Assembly: GCA_964358705.1 (NCBI GenBank)
Contig: CAYHPL010000002.1
Location: 173,017-237,016 of the forward strand
DNA length: 64,000 bases
Source: an uncultured Chitinophagales bacterium
Lineage (GTDB): Bacteria; Bacteroidota; Ignavibacteria; UBA10030; F1-140-MAGs086
Reading direction: 5' to 3'
A program made the translations under genes and the position numbers. The notes under the pieces were generated by a model that did no database searches, was not told the origin of the DNA, and was given only the letters and a program-made list of their open reading frames with translations. This document shows, piece after piece, positions 37,906 to 48,800 of the stretch (the stretch's first letter is position 1; every line of letters starts with the position of its first letter).

Positions 37906-39294
37906 CTAATAATTTTGCGCAAGCAAATCCATCATCAGTCGCGATGTTTTTGATTTTGCAAATGTAGAAATTACTTTTTTAAAACTGGCTGCATTATTCT
38001 GGGATAATTTCTGAAACTCCACTTCATTAACGACATAACGATTTGCAAAAAAATAAAATCTATCGGAGAATCTTCCTGAAAAACGAAGTTGCCTGTCACT
38101 TGTTTCATCCCATGCAACATTGGTGGTAATTTTCTTTTCTACTTTTTCATAAAATGGCGTTCCTTTTATCGGATAAGCGACTGTCGTGAGAAAAATATCC
38201 GGCTGCGCAGTTGTCAGCAATTGAACTGTTGCTTCAATATCATCAAGTGTTTCGCCGGGGTAGCCAAGCATTATGAAATATCCTGCTTCTATGCCGAAAT
38301 GTTTTGCAAATCGTGTTACGCGATGAATTTCTTCGACAGTTACTCTGCGTTGCATTGCATCAAGAATTTTTTGTGAACCGCTTTCCGCGCCATACCAAAT
38401 GCGAAATGCACCGAGTTCTGCCATCTTTTGCAAAATATCTTCATTCAATCTGTCTGCGCGCGAAATACATTCAAAAGGAATTTTTATGCCGCGCTTTTTC
38501 ATTTCAGCATAAAATTCATAAAACCATTTCTGATTTATGGTGAAGACATCATCCGCAAACCAGAGCATATCCGGTTTGTACTCGTCAATGAGCAATGCAA
38601 TTTCATTCACCACATTTATTGCGGAGCGTCTTCTGTGCGTTTCACCGAATACAGAACGACTGCACCACGTACACGTGTACGGACATCCGCGCGCGCAAAT
38701 AAGTGAAACAGAACCCATTCCATGATGAGTTTTCCACGTTTGCACATAGCGAGGTACATCAATTGCCGCACGGTCGGGAAACGGAAGTGAATCTAAATTT
38801 TGAATTAACGGACGCGAAGGAGTATGAATATATTTTCCATCTTCGTCGCGAAATACAATGCCATTTATTGATTGCAACTGATGTACGCCCGATTGTTGTA
38901 TTGCAGGAAGAAGTTCTGCAATTGTTTCTTCTCCTTCTCCGATAACTGCTACATCTGCGCCGATGTTCAGATAATTATCTGCATACTTTGGCACATCAGG
39001 ACCTCCGACAATAATTTTACAATTGAATTTTTTACAAAAGCGAATTTGCTCTACCACATTGAACTTCGTCATTAAATTTGAATAAATTCCAACAAAGGAA
39101 GGACGCTCTGTTTCAATGAAAGTGCAAAATTCTTTTTTGGAAGAAAAAGTTGAGTCGAAGATTGATACGGAAAAACCTTTTGATTTCAGATACGCTGAAA
39201 TGTAGAGAATGCCCAGTGTCGGATAGGGTTTCATCACACGCCGTTCCGCTTCATCTTCAAAAAGAAAGTAACCGTGTGTAAGAAGTATATCCAA
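37906..39294 (-). CDS. B12-binding domain radical SAM protein
   Basis: The N-terminal cobalamin-binding Rossmann region reads LGILYISAYLKSKGFSV...IVGGPDV...VAVIGEGEET. The radical SAM cluster motif is ICARGCPYTCTWCS. Confidence 0.85.
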   Translation of the reverse strand: MDILLTHGYFLFEDEAERRVMKPYPTLGILYISAYLKSKGFSVSIFDSTFSSKKEFCTFIETERPSFVGIYSNLMTKFNVVEQIRFCKKFNCKIIVGGPDVPKYADNYLNIGADVAVIGEGEETIAELLPAIQQSGVHQLQSINGIVFRDEDGKYIHTPSRPLIQNLDSLPFPDRAAIDVPRYVQTWKTHHGMGSVSLICARGCPYTCTWCSRSVFGETHRRRSAINVVNEIALLIDEYKPDMLWFADDVFTINQKWFYEFYAEMKKRGIKIPFECISRADRLNEDILQKMAELGAFRIWYGAESGSQKILDAMQRRVTVEEIHRVTRFAKHFGIEAGYFIMLGYPGETLDDIEATVQLLTTAQPDIFLTTVAYPIKGTPFYEKVEKKITTNVAWDETSDRQLRFSGRFSDRFYFFANRYVVNEVEFQKLSQNNAASFKKVISTFAKSKTSRLMMDLLAQNY

Positions 39295-39333
39295 GAATGA
39301 TGAAAAAAATAATTATTAAAGATGTATGAATAT

Positions 39334-40623
39334 TTATTTCATACTTGAAAGAACTTTACGAAACACTCCAATCGTTTTTGAAAGTTCTATTTCTGAGTGC
39401 GCAGTGGAAACAAACATTGCTTCAAACTGCGCTGGTGGAAGGTAAATACCGTTCTGGAGCATCAGAGTGAAAAATTGAGCAAACTTTTTCGTATCAGAAG
39501 CAAGCGCTGATGAGTAATCATATACTTCATTCAGCGTGAAAAATATTGTTATCATTGAGCCGATTTGATTGACCTGCATCGGCATGCCAAATTCAGCAAT
39601 AATGTTGCGGAACGATTCAGCAAGGAAGGTGGATTTTTTATCAAGTTCTTTGTAAACATTTTTTTTCCCGGAAAGTATTTTCAGCATTGCAAATCCTGCG
39701 CGCATTGCAAGCGGATTTCCCGAAAGCGTTCCCGCCTGATACACAGGACCGGAAGGCGCAATGAGTTGCATTATTTCTTTTTTGCCGCCATACGCTCCCA
39801 CTGGCAAACCGCCGCCAATAATTTTTCCTAATGTTGTCAAATCCGGTGTGATGCCAAATAATTCCTGTGCTCCGCCGGGAGCAAGTCGGAATCCCGTCAT
39901 TACTTCATCGAAAATTAATACCATTTTTTCTCTGTTGCAGATTGTCCGCAGATTTTCGAGGAAAAATTCTTTCGGTATAACAACGCCCATATTTCCTACA
40001 ACAGGTTCAATAATTATTGCGGCAATATCTTTTTTATTTTCGCTGATAAGTTTTTCTACTGATGCAATATTATTGTATTGTGCGTTCAATGTAAGAGAAG
40101 CGATGGCTTCTGGAACGCCCGGACTGCTCGGCGTTCCGAGTGTTGTAGCGCCCGAACCTGCTTTGACCAGAAAACTATCGCCGTGTCCGTGATAGCATCC
40201 TTCAAATTTTATAATTTTATTCTTTCCGGTAAAAGCCCGCGCTGCCCGGATTGCGCTCATTGTTGCTTCCGTGCCTGAATTTACCATCCGAACAAGTTCT
40301 ATTGATGGCATCATCGCTTTGATGAGTTCCGCAATTTTTATTTCTATTTCAGATGGTGTACCGAAACTTGTTCCTGCGTTAACTTGTGATTTTATTTCTG
40401 CAACAATTTTAGGATGCGAATGACCAAGGATGAGCGGACCCCACGATAAAACATAATCAATGTAATTATTACCATCTGCATCGGTTATATATGCACCTTT
40501 GCCTCTTTTCATAAAAAGGGGAGAGCCGCCCACGGATTTAAATGCCCGCACCGGCGAATTGACGCCTCCGGGAATATGCTGCTGGGCTTTAATAAAAAGA
40601 TGGTTGCTTTTTGTCGTTTTCAT
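39334..40623 (-). CDS. hemL: Glutamate-1-semialdehyde 2,1-aminomutase
   Basis: GGVNSPVRAFKSVGGSPLFMKRGKGAYITDADGNNYIDYVLSWGPLILGH and the rest match HemL. Confidence 0.95.
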   Translation of the reverse strand: MKTTKSNHLFIKAQQHIPGGVNSPVRAFKSVGGSPLFMKRGKGAYITDADGNNYIDYVLSWGPLILGHSHPKIVAEIKSQVNAGTSFGTPSEIEIKIAELIKAMMPSIELVRMVNSGTEATMSAIRAARAFTGKNKIIKFEGCYHGHGDSFLVKAGSGATTLGTPSSPGVPEAIASLTLNAQYNNIASVEKLISENKKDIAAIIIEPVVGNMGVVIPKEFFLENLRTICNREKMVLIFDEVMTGFRLAPGGAQELFGITPDLTTLGKIIGGGLPVGAYGGKKEIMQLIAPSGPVYQAGTLSGNPLAMRAGFAMLKILSGKKNVYKELDKKSTFLAESFRNIIAEFGMPMQVNQIGSMITIFFTLNEVYDYSSALASDTKKFAQFFTLMLQNGIYLPPAQFEAMFVSTAHSEIELSKTIGVFRKVLSSMK

Positions 40624-40781
40624 ACAGTGTAATAATTTCGGCGGGAGAATATATTCAAAAGAGAAGAAAAGGAAATAGGATACACCGAAGTCTGTTTCTA
40701 AATTATATTATTTTTTTTAAACACAAAACAGAATGCAGAAAGTTTTTTTGAACAATTTATTTCAAACAAAAATCTCAAATC

Positions 40782-41777
40782 TCATTTTCTCCTTAACACT
40801 TTCGCGGCATCTTTTGCAAAATATGTTAAAATCATATCTGCGCCTGCGCGTTTGATTCCTGTCAGCATTTCAAGCATTACGCGCTCTTCATCTATCCAGC
40901 CAAGTTGCGCTGCCGCTTTTACCATTGAATACTCGCCGCTTACGTTGTACGCCGCAGTTGGCATTTGAAATGTATCTTTCACGCGACGGATGATATCAAG
41001 ATAGGGCATTGCTGGCTTTACCATAACAATATCAGCCCCTTCTTCAATATCCGCGAGTACTTCGCGCATTGCTTCATTTGAATTTGCGGAATCCATCTGA
41101 TGGCTTCTTCTGTCGCCGAATTTCGGTGTGCTTTCTGCGGCTTCTCTGAATGGTCCGTAAAATCCTGATGCATATTTTGCAGCATACGACATTATTGGAA
41201 GATTTAAGAATCCGTTCTCGTCTAATATTGTTCTGATTGCAAGAATTCTTCCATCGAACATATCCGAAGGCGCAACCATATCGCAACCTGCCACTGCATG
41301 CGAAAGCGCTTCTTTCATCAATAGTTCTACGGATTCATCATTAACAATTTCATTGCCGCGTACGATTCCGCAGTGTCCATGCGAAGTATATTCGCACATA
41401 CACACATCGGTGATAATACAAAGTTCCGGCACTTCTTTTTTAATTGCGCGCACTGCTTGCTGTACGACGCCATTTTCCATATATCCTTCACTGCCAATTT
41501 CGTCTTTGTGTTCGGGAATACCAAAAAGAATCACTGCCGGAATGCCGAGCGAATATACTTCGATACATTCGCGTACAATTACATCCACAGACATTTGATA
41601 CACGCCGGGCATTGATGAAATTTCTTTTTTTATTTTTGTTCCTGCAACAACAAATAATGGATATATAAAATCATTTGTCGCAAGTTCCGTTTCACGCACC
41701 ATTGAGCGAAGTGTCGCATTCATTCTTGTGCGGCGGAGACGATTAAAATTGAGATTTGTAACAGGGGATTTGTGCAT
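40782..41777 (-). CDS. hemB: Porphobilinogen synthase (delta-aminolevulinate dehydratase)
   Basis: [27 protein letters not shown], an active-site Lys region and a metal-binding Cys cluster ([12 protein letters not shown]) are present. Confidence 0.95.
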   Translation of the reverse strand: MHKSPVTNLNFNRLRRTRMNATLRSMVRETELATNDFIYPLFVVAGTKIKKEISSMPGVYQMSVDVIVRECIEVYSLGIPAVILFGIPEHKDEIGSEGYMENGVVQQAVRAIKKEVPELCIITDVCMCEYTSHGHCGIVRGNEIVNDESVELLMKEALSHAVAGCDMVAPSDMFDGRILAIRTILDENGFLNLPIMSYAAKYASGFYGPFREAAESTPKFGDRRSHQMDSANSNEAMREVLADIEEGADIVMVKPAMPYLDIIRRVKDTFQMPTAAYNVSGEYSMVKAAAQLGWIDEERVMLEMLTGIKRAGADMILTYFAKDAAKVLRRK

Positions 41778-42012
41778 GGGAATTTGTGTAGTAAGTTTTC
41801 AGTGTAATATTTTTTTGTGGACAAAAATACGGAGAAGGAGAGGAAAATAAAAAATGTAAAGGAATTTGTCATACCGAATTCGCCGAATTGAATGAAGAAT
41901 CTTTTCTGATGCCATATTTTTTACAGTAAAAGTATTACTCATAAAATTTTTGGCTTACAAAATAATATTAGTATCTTTTTCCCGCATTTTGTAACACTTA
42001 TATAAAAACTGT

Positions 42013-42249
42013 ATGCAAACATCTACAATGACGGTGAAAGGACAAATCCTTGTTCCCTCAAAAATCCGCAAACAAAAAGGAATGAAAAAAGGAACAGTAA
42101 TTATCTTCATCGAAAAGGGCGATGATGTAATTATCCGTCCTTTGACGAAAGATTACTTTGAGCGGTACGCGGGTATATTTAACGACAAGGAGAGTGAACT
42201 GGAAATTTTACTGGAAGAGCGGAAGAAAGATAAAGCCAAAGGAAAATAA
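42013..42249 (+). CDS. vapB: AbrB/SpoVT-domain antitoxin (VapB/MazE-like)
   Basis: MTVKGQILVPSKIRKQKGMKKGTVI is a swapped-hairpin domain. It lies 5 nt upstream of the PIN toxin gene. Confidence 0.7.
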   Translation: MQTSTMTVKGQILVPSKIRKQKGMKKGTVIIFIEKGDDVIIRPLTKDYFERYAGIFNDKESELEILLEERKKDKAKGK

Positions 42250-42254
42250 CCCGA

Positions 42255-42656
42255 ATGAAAAAATACGTTCTTGATAGTTATGCGCTGATTGTGTATTTCC
42301 GCAAACAAAAAGGATGGGAAATTGTCCGCGATTTGCTCTTTGAAGCATTTCAATCCGACCAAAAAATGTTTCTTACTTCGATTAACTGGGGGGAAGTATA
42401 TTACACACGCTTACAAACCGGCGATGAAGAGAAAGCGGAAGAAGCAGTCCGCGCAATAAAAAATATGCCCATTGACGTGGTTGAAGAAATTGATACGCGT
42501 CTTACAAAACAGGCAGGAAAATATAAAGCGCTCGGCGGAATTGCCTACGCAGATTGCTTCGCCGCCGCTCTCGCCAAAAAAGAAAACGCAATACTCGTTA
42601 CGGGCGATAAAGAGCTTGCACAATTGGAAAAAGAAATTAAAATTTTGTGGATTTAG
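42255..42656 (+). CDS. vapC: PIN-domain ribonuclease toxin (VapC)
   Basis: YVLDSYALIVYF..INWGEVYY..GIAYADCFAAALAKKENAILVTGDKEL carries the PIN acidic residues. Confidence 0.8.
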   Translation: MKKYVLDSYALIVYFRKQKGWEIVRDLLFEAFQSDQKMFLTSINWGEVYYTRLQTGDEEKAEEAVRAIKNMPIDVVEEIDTRLTKQAGKYKALGGIAYADCFAAALAKKENAILVTGDKELAQLEKEIKILWI

Positions 42657-42773
42657 AAAGGGAAAATTAAAATGAACATAGAAAAATTATTTCAAGCAGT
42701 GAAAGACGAACCAATGGAGCACACTCTCATAATAGCGGTTAGCGAATTAAAGCGGCAAGGTTTTAAGTAACTG

Positions 42774-43550
42774 TTAATATTTTTTTTCAAATATTTCTCT
42801 TGAATGATAATCGAGAAATTCTTTTCCTGGTAAAAACTTCTCAGGTAATATTATTTTGATGTTGTCATATTTTTCGAACATTGTTTCTATCGCTTTGTCA
42901 TTTTTTGTTTTGTAAATATTTTTGGAAACTTTTGTTTTAAATTCTGAGGTAATTGTGATTAAGCCACTATCAAATGCTTTGTCGTGAAGATAATTTAAAC
43001 ATAAACCATTAGAAGGATTCAACCTATTTTTTTCGTCAACCGACCAAGGAATGATATGGCTTGCAACAAGTAATTCTGAAATTGTCAAACCTGTAATACA
43101 GCATTTATTATTGTAAGATGAGAGAACAACCCTTCTGAAAAAATTTTGATTTATTCTTGATTTTATTATGGTTTCTCTTTCTTTTCCAATCGGAATATCC
43201 GCAGTATTTATTTCTGAAATATTTTCTAACGGTTGATTAGAAAGCTTTGCGATTAGTAATTCACTTTCATAGGCAAGATTATTCCAATCATTATTAAATT
43301 CATTCCATACGATTTCATCTAATTTACTAGTGTTTCCTAAACCTACAATTCCTCTCTTCTTTAATTCTGGGTCGAAACTTCCAAAGTTTCCAATTTTCAT
43401 TTTTACAGAATTTGGAGTTCTTCCAATAATTTTTGAAATCCGAATTATATCTGGATGGTTTGAACTTACTCTGTTGAATGGAATTTTGCAGTAAAGATTT
43501 AATGCAATAATAGTTTGTTCTCTTGTCCAAATAGTGTTTTCTCTTTTCAT
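42774..43550 (-). CDS. HNH endonuclease (HNH_2 / COG3183-like putative restriction endonuclease)
   Basis: The C-terminal segment CCITGL...ASHIIPWS...NGLCLNYLHDKAFDSGLITI is HNH-type. No adjacent methyltransferase gene was seen. Confidence 0.6.
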   Translation of the reverse strand: MKRENTIWTREQTIIALNLYCKIPFNRVSSNHPDIIRISKIIGRTPNSVKMKIGNFGSFDPELKKRGIVGLGNTSKLDEIVWNEFNNDWNNLAYESELLIAKLSNQPLENISEINTADIPIGKERETIIKSRINQNFFRRVVLSSYNNKCCITGLTISELLVASHIIPWSVDEKNRLNPSNGLCLNYLHDKAFDSGLITITSEFKTKVSKNIYKTKNDKAIETMFEKYDNIKIILPEKFLPGKEFLDYHSREIFEKKY

Positions 43551-43559
43551 AAGTTTACT

Positions 43560-43855
43560 GAATTAATTTTATCAAGTTCAATATTACGTTCATTATTTTT
43601 CTTCCACCACATTGTTCTTGTTATGGGAATTATAGCATATTTACAATTTTCATGTCAAAAACAACTATGAACAAAAATAACTGTTTTATATTTCGGTAAA
43701 ACTATGTCTGGCTTTCCCGGAAGTTTTTTATCATGGAGTTTGTAACGATAACCATTAGCAAAAAGAAATTTTCGTACAATCATTTCGGGTTTAGTGTCTT
43801 TGCTTCTGACCCGACTCAAATTGTAACTTCTTGTTTTCTTATCGTGAATATTCAT
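43560..43855 (-). pseudogene. vsr: Very-short-patch repair endonuclease (vsr) remnant. It is truncated by a stop after ~66 codons, with degenerate downstream homology.
   Basis: RSYNLSRVRSKDTKPEMIVRKFLFANGYRYKLHDKKLPGKPDIVLPKYKTVIFVHSCF matches the Vsr N-terminal half and then hits a stop. Downstream frames still show WWKKNNERNIELDKIN-like remnants. Confidence 0.55.
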
Positions 43856-43940
43856 TACGTTTTACAAATCTTCTATCATTCTCGCCACTTTTTCCCTACT
43901 CATCACGCAATCGCCCACCGAAATTTTTCTCTAACGATGT

Positions 43941-44159
43941 TCATTGTAGTTTCATAAACTCTTCTACCGTTAAACCAGCATCACGAATTATTTGACGTAG
44001 TGTCCCGCGTGCTATTTCTTTATGATTGGGAATAGTGAGGGGTTTTCGAGTTGTGTACCGGAGATGAATATGGCTGCCTTCCTGGTCCCGAAAGTAATAA
44101 CCAATTCGCTGCAATATTTTGAAAATTTCTTTTCCAGAAAGCACCGGAAGTTTACTCAT
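43941..44159 (-). CDS. hicA: HicA-family mRNA interferase toxin
   Basis: MSKLPVLSGKEIFKILQRIGYYFRDQEGSHIHL is the YcfA/HicA signature. Confidence 0.8.
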   Translation of the reverse strand: MSKLPVLSGKEIFKILQRIGYYFRDQEGSHIHLRYTTRKPLTIPNHKEIARGTLRQIIRDAGLTVEEFMKLQ

Positions 44160-44377
44160 ACAGCAACCGAAACAAGCAATTCTTTTTTTCCGTTTTCAGA
44201 ATGAAGCGGGATACCATCTTCCGAAAGAGAGCGCAAATGCAAGTGAATTGCTTCCTTCATATTTTTCACTGCTTGCTTTTCAGTTTTCCCTTGCGAAATG
44301 CATCCGGGAAGCGACGGGCATGTTGCAACATACCAATTATCTTCATCTTGTTCGAGAATTATTTTAAAGTTGAGCAT
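44156..44377 (-). CDS. hicB: HicB-family antitoxin
   Basis: FKIILEQDEDNWYVATCPSLPGCISQGKTEKQAVKNMKEAIHLHL is the UPF0150/HicB fold. It overlaps hicA by 4 nt. The start is moved to MLNFKIIL to avoid overlapping hemY. Confidence 0.75.
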   Translation of the reverse strand: MLNFKIILEQDEDNWYVATCPSLPGCISQGKTEKQAVKNMKEAIHLHLRSLSEDGIPLHSENGKKELLVSVAV

Positions 44378-44423
44378 AAAAATTTGTGTTGAGTTTCTGT
44401 TGAAAAATATATTGAATTGAAAA

Positions 44424-45830
44424 CTATATATCAATTTTAACTGATTCGTCTATTCTCCTCGCCACACTTTCTCCGCTCATCACGCAATCACCAACAGAAA
44501 TTCCGCCACGAAAATTTGCACAGAGGAATGTTCCGCGAAAATTTTTTTCAAACTTATCCATTTCCTGTTCAATTTTGTAATAGCCGAGTTCATATTGCGG
44601 AATTGCTTTTTGCCAGCGATTGATTTGCACGAAATACGGCTCTCCTTCAATGCGCATTATTGATTGCAATTCTTCCAGTACTGTTTTCTGTAATTGCGCA
44701 TCATCTAAATTACAAATTTCCGGTTGACGCGAACCGCCTGCAAAAGTAGTCAGTGCAATACTATCATCCGGCGCGCGATTGGGAAACAGTGAAGATGACC
44801 AGATTGTGCCGAGTATTTTTCGTTGCTCTTTTTCAGGAATTAAAAACCCAAATCCGTCAAGTGCTCTTTTCATTTGCGATTTTTTAAATCCGAAAAATAT
44901 TTCTGCGACAGGCGGATAGTAAATATTGCTCAATGTAATTGCCATATTCGGGTCAATCTGTGCAATAATTTTTGCGAGCGCGTATGCTGGAATTGCAAAG
45001 AGAACATTGTGCGATTGCAATGTTTCTGCGCTTCCATTTTGCGTAAAAGAAACAGTGAACATACATTTATTTCCATCGCGCATCGGAATAACATGCTCCA
45101 CTGTTGCATTAAAGTGAATATCGTCTCCAAGAAATTTTGCAATCGCTTTCGGAAACGTTTGCATGCCGTTTTTAAAAGAAAACATTTTCGCAGATTCTTT
45201 GCTCTGTTCTCCGCTCCGGGCTTTTCTCTTCCGTTCTTTTTTTCCGCGAATAACTCCTTTAAAAATTCCACCGTATTTTTCTTCCAATGCAAATAATTTC
45301 GGAAACGCAGAACGCACGCTTAATTTTTTCGGGTCGCCTGCAAATACTCCTGCGACAAACGGGTTGATAAAATAATCGAGAAATTCTTTGCCTAATCTTC
45401 GCTCAACAAATTGCGCAATAGATTCTTCGTGCATTGCTCTTCCCTGGAATAATTCACCTGCAACACGAAACTTTCCTTTCCAGCTGAGTAATTTTGTTTT
45501 TAAAAATGCGGGCGGACTCATTGGCATTTCCTCGAGTTGTCCGTTTTTTAAAATGTATCGCTTGTTCGATGATGCGCTTGCGTAAAGCATTTCATCTGCG
45601 ATGCCGAGTTCGTTGACCATTTGTTTGAAAAGAGGAGTTGTTTCGAGTGCGCTGTTCGGTCCGCTTTCAATCATAAATCCATCAATGACTGCTGTTTTCA
45701 TTGTTCCGCCGACATCCGCGTCTGCTTCGAGAATTGTAACATTCCAGCCGCTTTTTTTGAGAAAATATGCAGCAGTCAATCCTGAAATTCCTGCGCCGAT
45801 AATAATAATGTGCTTGTTATTGTTCATCAA
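44424..45830 (-). CDS. hemY: Protoporphyrinogen oxidase, FAD-dependent (HemY/PgoX)
   Basis: An N-terminal FAD fold IIIIGAGISGLTAAYFLKKSGWNVTILEADADVGG is present. It is ~468 aa and sits in the heme gene context. Confidence 0.8.
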   Translation of the reverse strand: MMNNNKHIIIIGAGISGLTAAYFLKKSGWNVTILEADADVGGTMKTAVIDGFMIESGPNSALETTPLFKQMVNELGIADEMLYASASSNKRYILKNGQLEEMPMSPPAFLKTKLLSWKGKFRVAGELFQGRAMHEESIAQFVERRLGKEFLDYFINPFVAGVFAGDPKKLSVRSAFPKLFALEEKYGGIFKGVIRGKKERKRKARSGEQSKESAKMFSFKNGMQTFPKAIAKFLGDDIHFNATVEHVIPMRDGNKCMFTVSFTQNGSAETLQSHNVLFAIPAYALAKIIAQIDPNMAITLSNIYYPPVAEIFFGFKKSQMKRALDGFGFLIPEKEQRKILGTIWSSSLFPNRAPDDSIALTTFAGGSRQPEICNLDDAQLQKTVLEELQSIMRIEGEPYFVQINRWQKAIPQYELGYYKIEQEMDKFEKNFRGTFLCANFRGGISVGDCVMSGESVARRIDESVKIDI

Positions 45831-48800
45831 GTGTTTCTCGAATTTTTCTCAGTACAAATGGGATGTCGTACGGTTTTTGAAGAAATGATTTAACTCCTGT
45901 GCCGGAGAACGATGAATAAATGTTCGGTTCAAATAACCCGCTGACGAAAATTATTTTCAATTGCGGATTCATCAGTAACATTTTTCTGCAGGCATCTGCG
46001 CCATTTAATTTCGGCAATCCGATATCGGAGAGTACTAATGAAATATTGTGCCGATTATCCGTGTATATGTTCACTGCTTCTTCTCCGTCTTTTGCCCAGA
46101 GTACATTGTATCCTGTTTTTGTTAAATTCGCACAGACGATTTCACCGAGTAACTCTTCATCCTCGACGACTAACAGCGTTTCTTTTCCATGAAAATTTTC
46201 TGTTTTCAAATGTTGCTGCTGTTTTGATTCCCACTGAATTTCGTACATCGGAAGATATATCGAAAATTTTGTTCCTTTCCCTTGTGTACTTTCGACATCA
46301 ATGAATCCGTTATGAGACCGGACAATTCCATAAGTTACAGATAATCCTAATCCCGTACCTTTTCCTTGTTCTTTCGTAGTGAAAAATGGTTCAAAAATAT
46401 GTTGTTTTATATCCTCCTGCATTCCAACTCCCGTATCAGCGACAGAAATACATACATATTCATTTGCAGAAGCGGAGGGATATTTAATTTGCAGAAAGGA
46501 ACTTTTCACCGTTGAAGCAGAGAGAGTGATGCACCCGCCATCCGGCATTGCATCTCTTGCATTAATGCAAAGGTTTGTGATTGCCTGATGCAACTGATTG
46601 CTGTCAGCAATGACAAACGGAATATTTTCGTCATTCTGAATTTTGCATTCAATAGTTTTAGGAAATGTATCCGTGATGATTTTAAAAATTTCGTGAAAAA
46701 AATCAAATAGAATGACTGGTTCGAAAGTAGTTTCATTTTTGCGTGCAAAAGTGAGTAATTGTTCAACTAATTTTGCGCCGCGCTTCACCGCTTTCTGAAT
46801 TGCAACCGTGCTTTTTTCGACCGTTGGATTATTCTGTATTTGTTCGGTGAGGAGAGAGCTGTATCCGCTAATAATGCCGAGAAGATTATTGAAATCGTGT
46901 GCAATACCGCCGGCAAGTTTTCCGATGGTTTCCATTTTTTGCGATTGGCGCAGTTGTGCTTCTATTTCTCTGTGTTCGGTAACATCACGCATAATGCCGC
47001 GTATTGCAATAAAATCTCCGCGCTTATTCCGAACAGCGGTGGATGTTTCAAGAATGTAAAGTTTTTTTCCGGTTTTTGTTTTCAGAACGAGTTCATAATT
47101 TTTCAGATATCCTGTATTTGCAATTATTTGTATGATGGGCGTGCGTGATTTCGGATTGAAGTATAAATCATTTGCAATGTCAATTTTCAGCATTTCTTCT
47201 TTTGAAGCGTACCCAAAAACGTCAAGTCCTGTCTGATTGATATCAAGTAATTTTCCCTGCGGTGTGCCGAAATAAATTATATCTTTTGATTCTTCAAATA
47301 ATTCCTGATAGCGTGTTTCGCTTTCCAACAATTCTCGTGCGTGGGTTGTTTTACGTGCTTTCAGTGTTATCCAGAGTACAATAATCATCAGGAACATTGC
47401 GCCGGTAGGCAGATAGAATACTGGTCTTTTATACCATTGCAAAGGGGTGGTAAATATTTTGTGCGTTCCGTTGACATCAAAATTTCCAAACAGTGTTCGC
47501 GCCTGCAGTAGAATTGAATGTTCGCCGGAACAAATTTTTTGAAGTGAAATTTCACGCAGTGTGCTCCATTCAGACCAAGCAAGCGTATCTAATCGAAATC
47601 GTGTCTGAATAAACTGCGGCATCGGTTCTCCCCAATATCCAAAAACATTCCATCGAATAACAGTTTGTTCATTATCGGTAATTGGTTCCTGAATTATGAT
47701 GCGCGGATACGGTTGAACATTTTCTTTGAGATTCAATATTGCAAGTCCCGCTCCCAGTGTGCCTGCAAGGATTTTATCTTTTATCGGTAGCAATGACCAA
47801 AGGCGGGAATTATGCAAGCCGGTGCTTCCTCCAAAAGTACTCCACTGATTATTGGCAAAACATCCTAATCCTCCGCTTGAAGCATACCAGAGAGTACCAT
47901 TTGAAGCAACGCATAATTCCCAAACTTTTGCGCTAATCAATCCATCAGAAGTTGAGTAGTAGTGAATTTCATCATGTGCATTTATCGTCCCGATACCGTT
48001 AAACTGGTCTGCAAACCAGAGTTGATTACTGCTATCTATTACAACAGTGAAAATTCTATTGGAAATTAATCCCTGGTCGCTTGTCCAATGTTTCCATTTG
48101 CCATTTTTCCATTTACTGATTCCACCAATTGTTGCAAACCAAAATGCGCCATCTTTTCCTTCAACAAAAGAGTACACACGTCCGTGAATAAGTCCTTCGG
48201 CAGTACTCCACCGTGTAAATTTTCCGCTCTCAAATACATACGCGCCGGGCTGCTGTTCTTTTGATGTAAAAGGTGAGGGAGACAATCCTAAAAACCATAA
48301 TCGTCCTTTGTGGTCTTTGCGGATTTTATGAATATACACGCCGTCGTCGTTATTGAGAATTGGAAAATGTTCCCATTGATTGTTGTACCATCGAAAAGTT
48401 CCTTTAAAAGAATTGCCGCTGCCGAGCCATATTCCACCTTCATTATCTTCACCTAATGCAGTGATTTCGTTGAGCGGAATTTTTCCAATGTGTGTCGTAG
48501 AAGTTTTTTCTCCGCCTGGAGAAAGAATTTCAACACCGGAACCTGTTCCAAACCAGATTTCGTCCCGGGAAGTTTTTAAAATTTCATTGATGCGATTTCG
48601 TGAATCGGGAGTCGTATATTTTTTACTGCTCCAACGGGATGACGATTGACGGAAGAGATACAAACCATTGTTTGTTCCAATCCAGGCATCGCCATTATTT
48701 CGGTAACAAATGTATTGTATGTTTTGAATATGCTGAGGCAGCGGTGGAAGCGCAATCCATTTGTCGTGTTTTCTCAACCGCAATTCATTGGATTCGTGAT

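Noticed and set aside
42662-42760. 32-aa ORF between vapC and the HNH gene
   Set aside because: It is too short and has no support. It may be a gene remnant but cannot be substantiated.
43655-43855. Calling vsr an intact gene
   Set aside because: It stops at ~66 aa, where the Vsr fold continues (FVHSCF then stop). Downstream homology is in other frames, so it is a pseudogene.
44378-44434. Longer hicB start at 44434
   Set aside because: It would overlap the hemY stop by 11 nt and would add a hydrophobic non-HicB leader. The internal Met gives a canonical HicB N-terminus.
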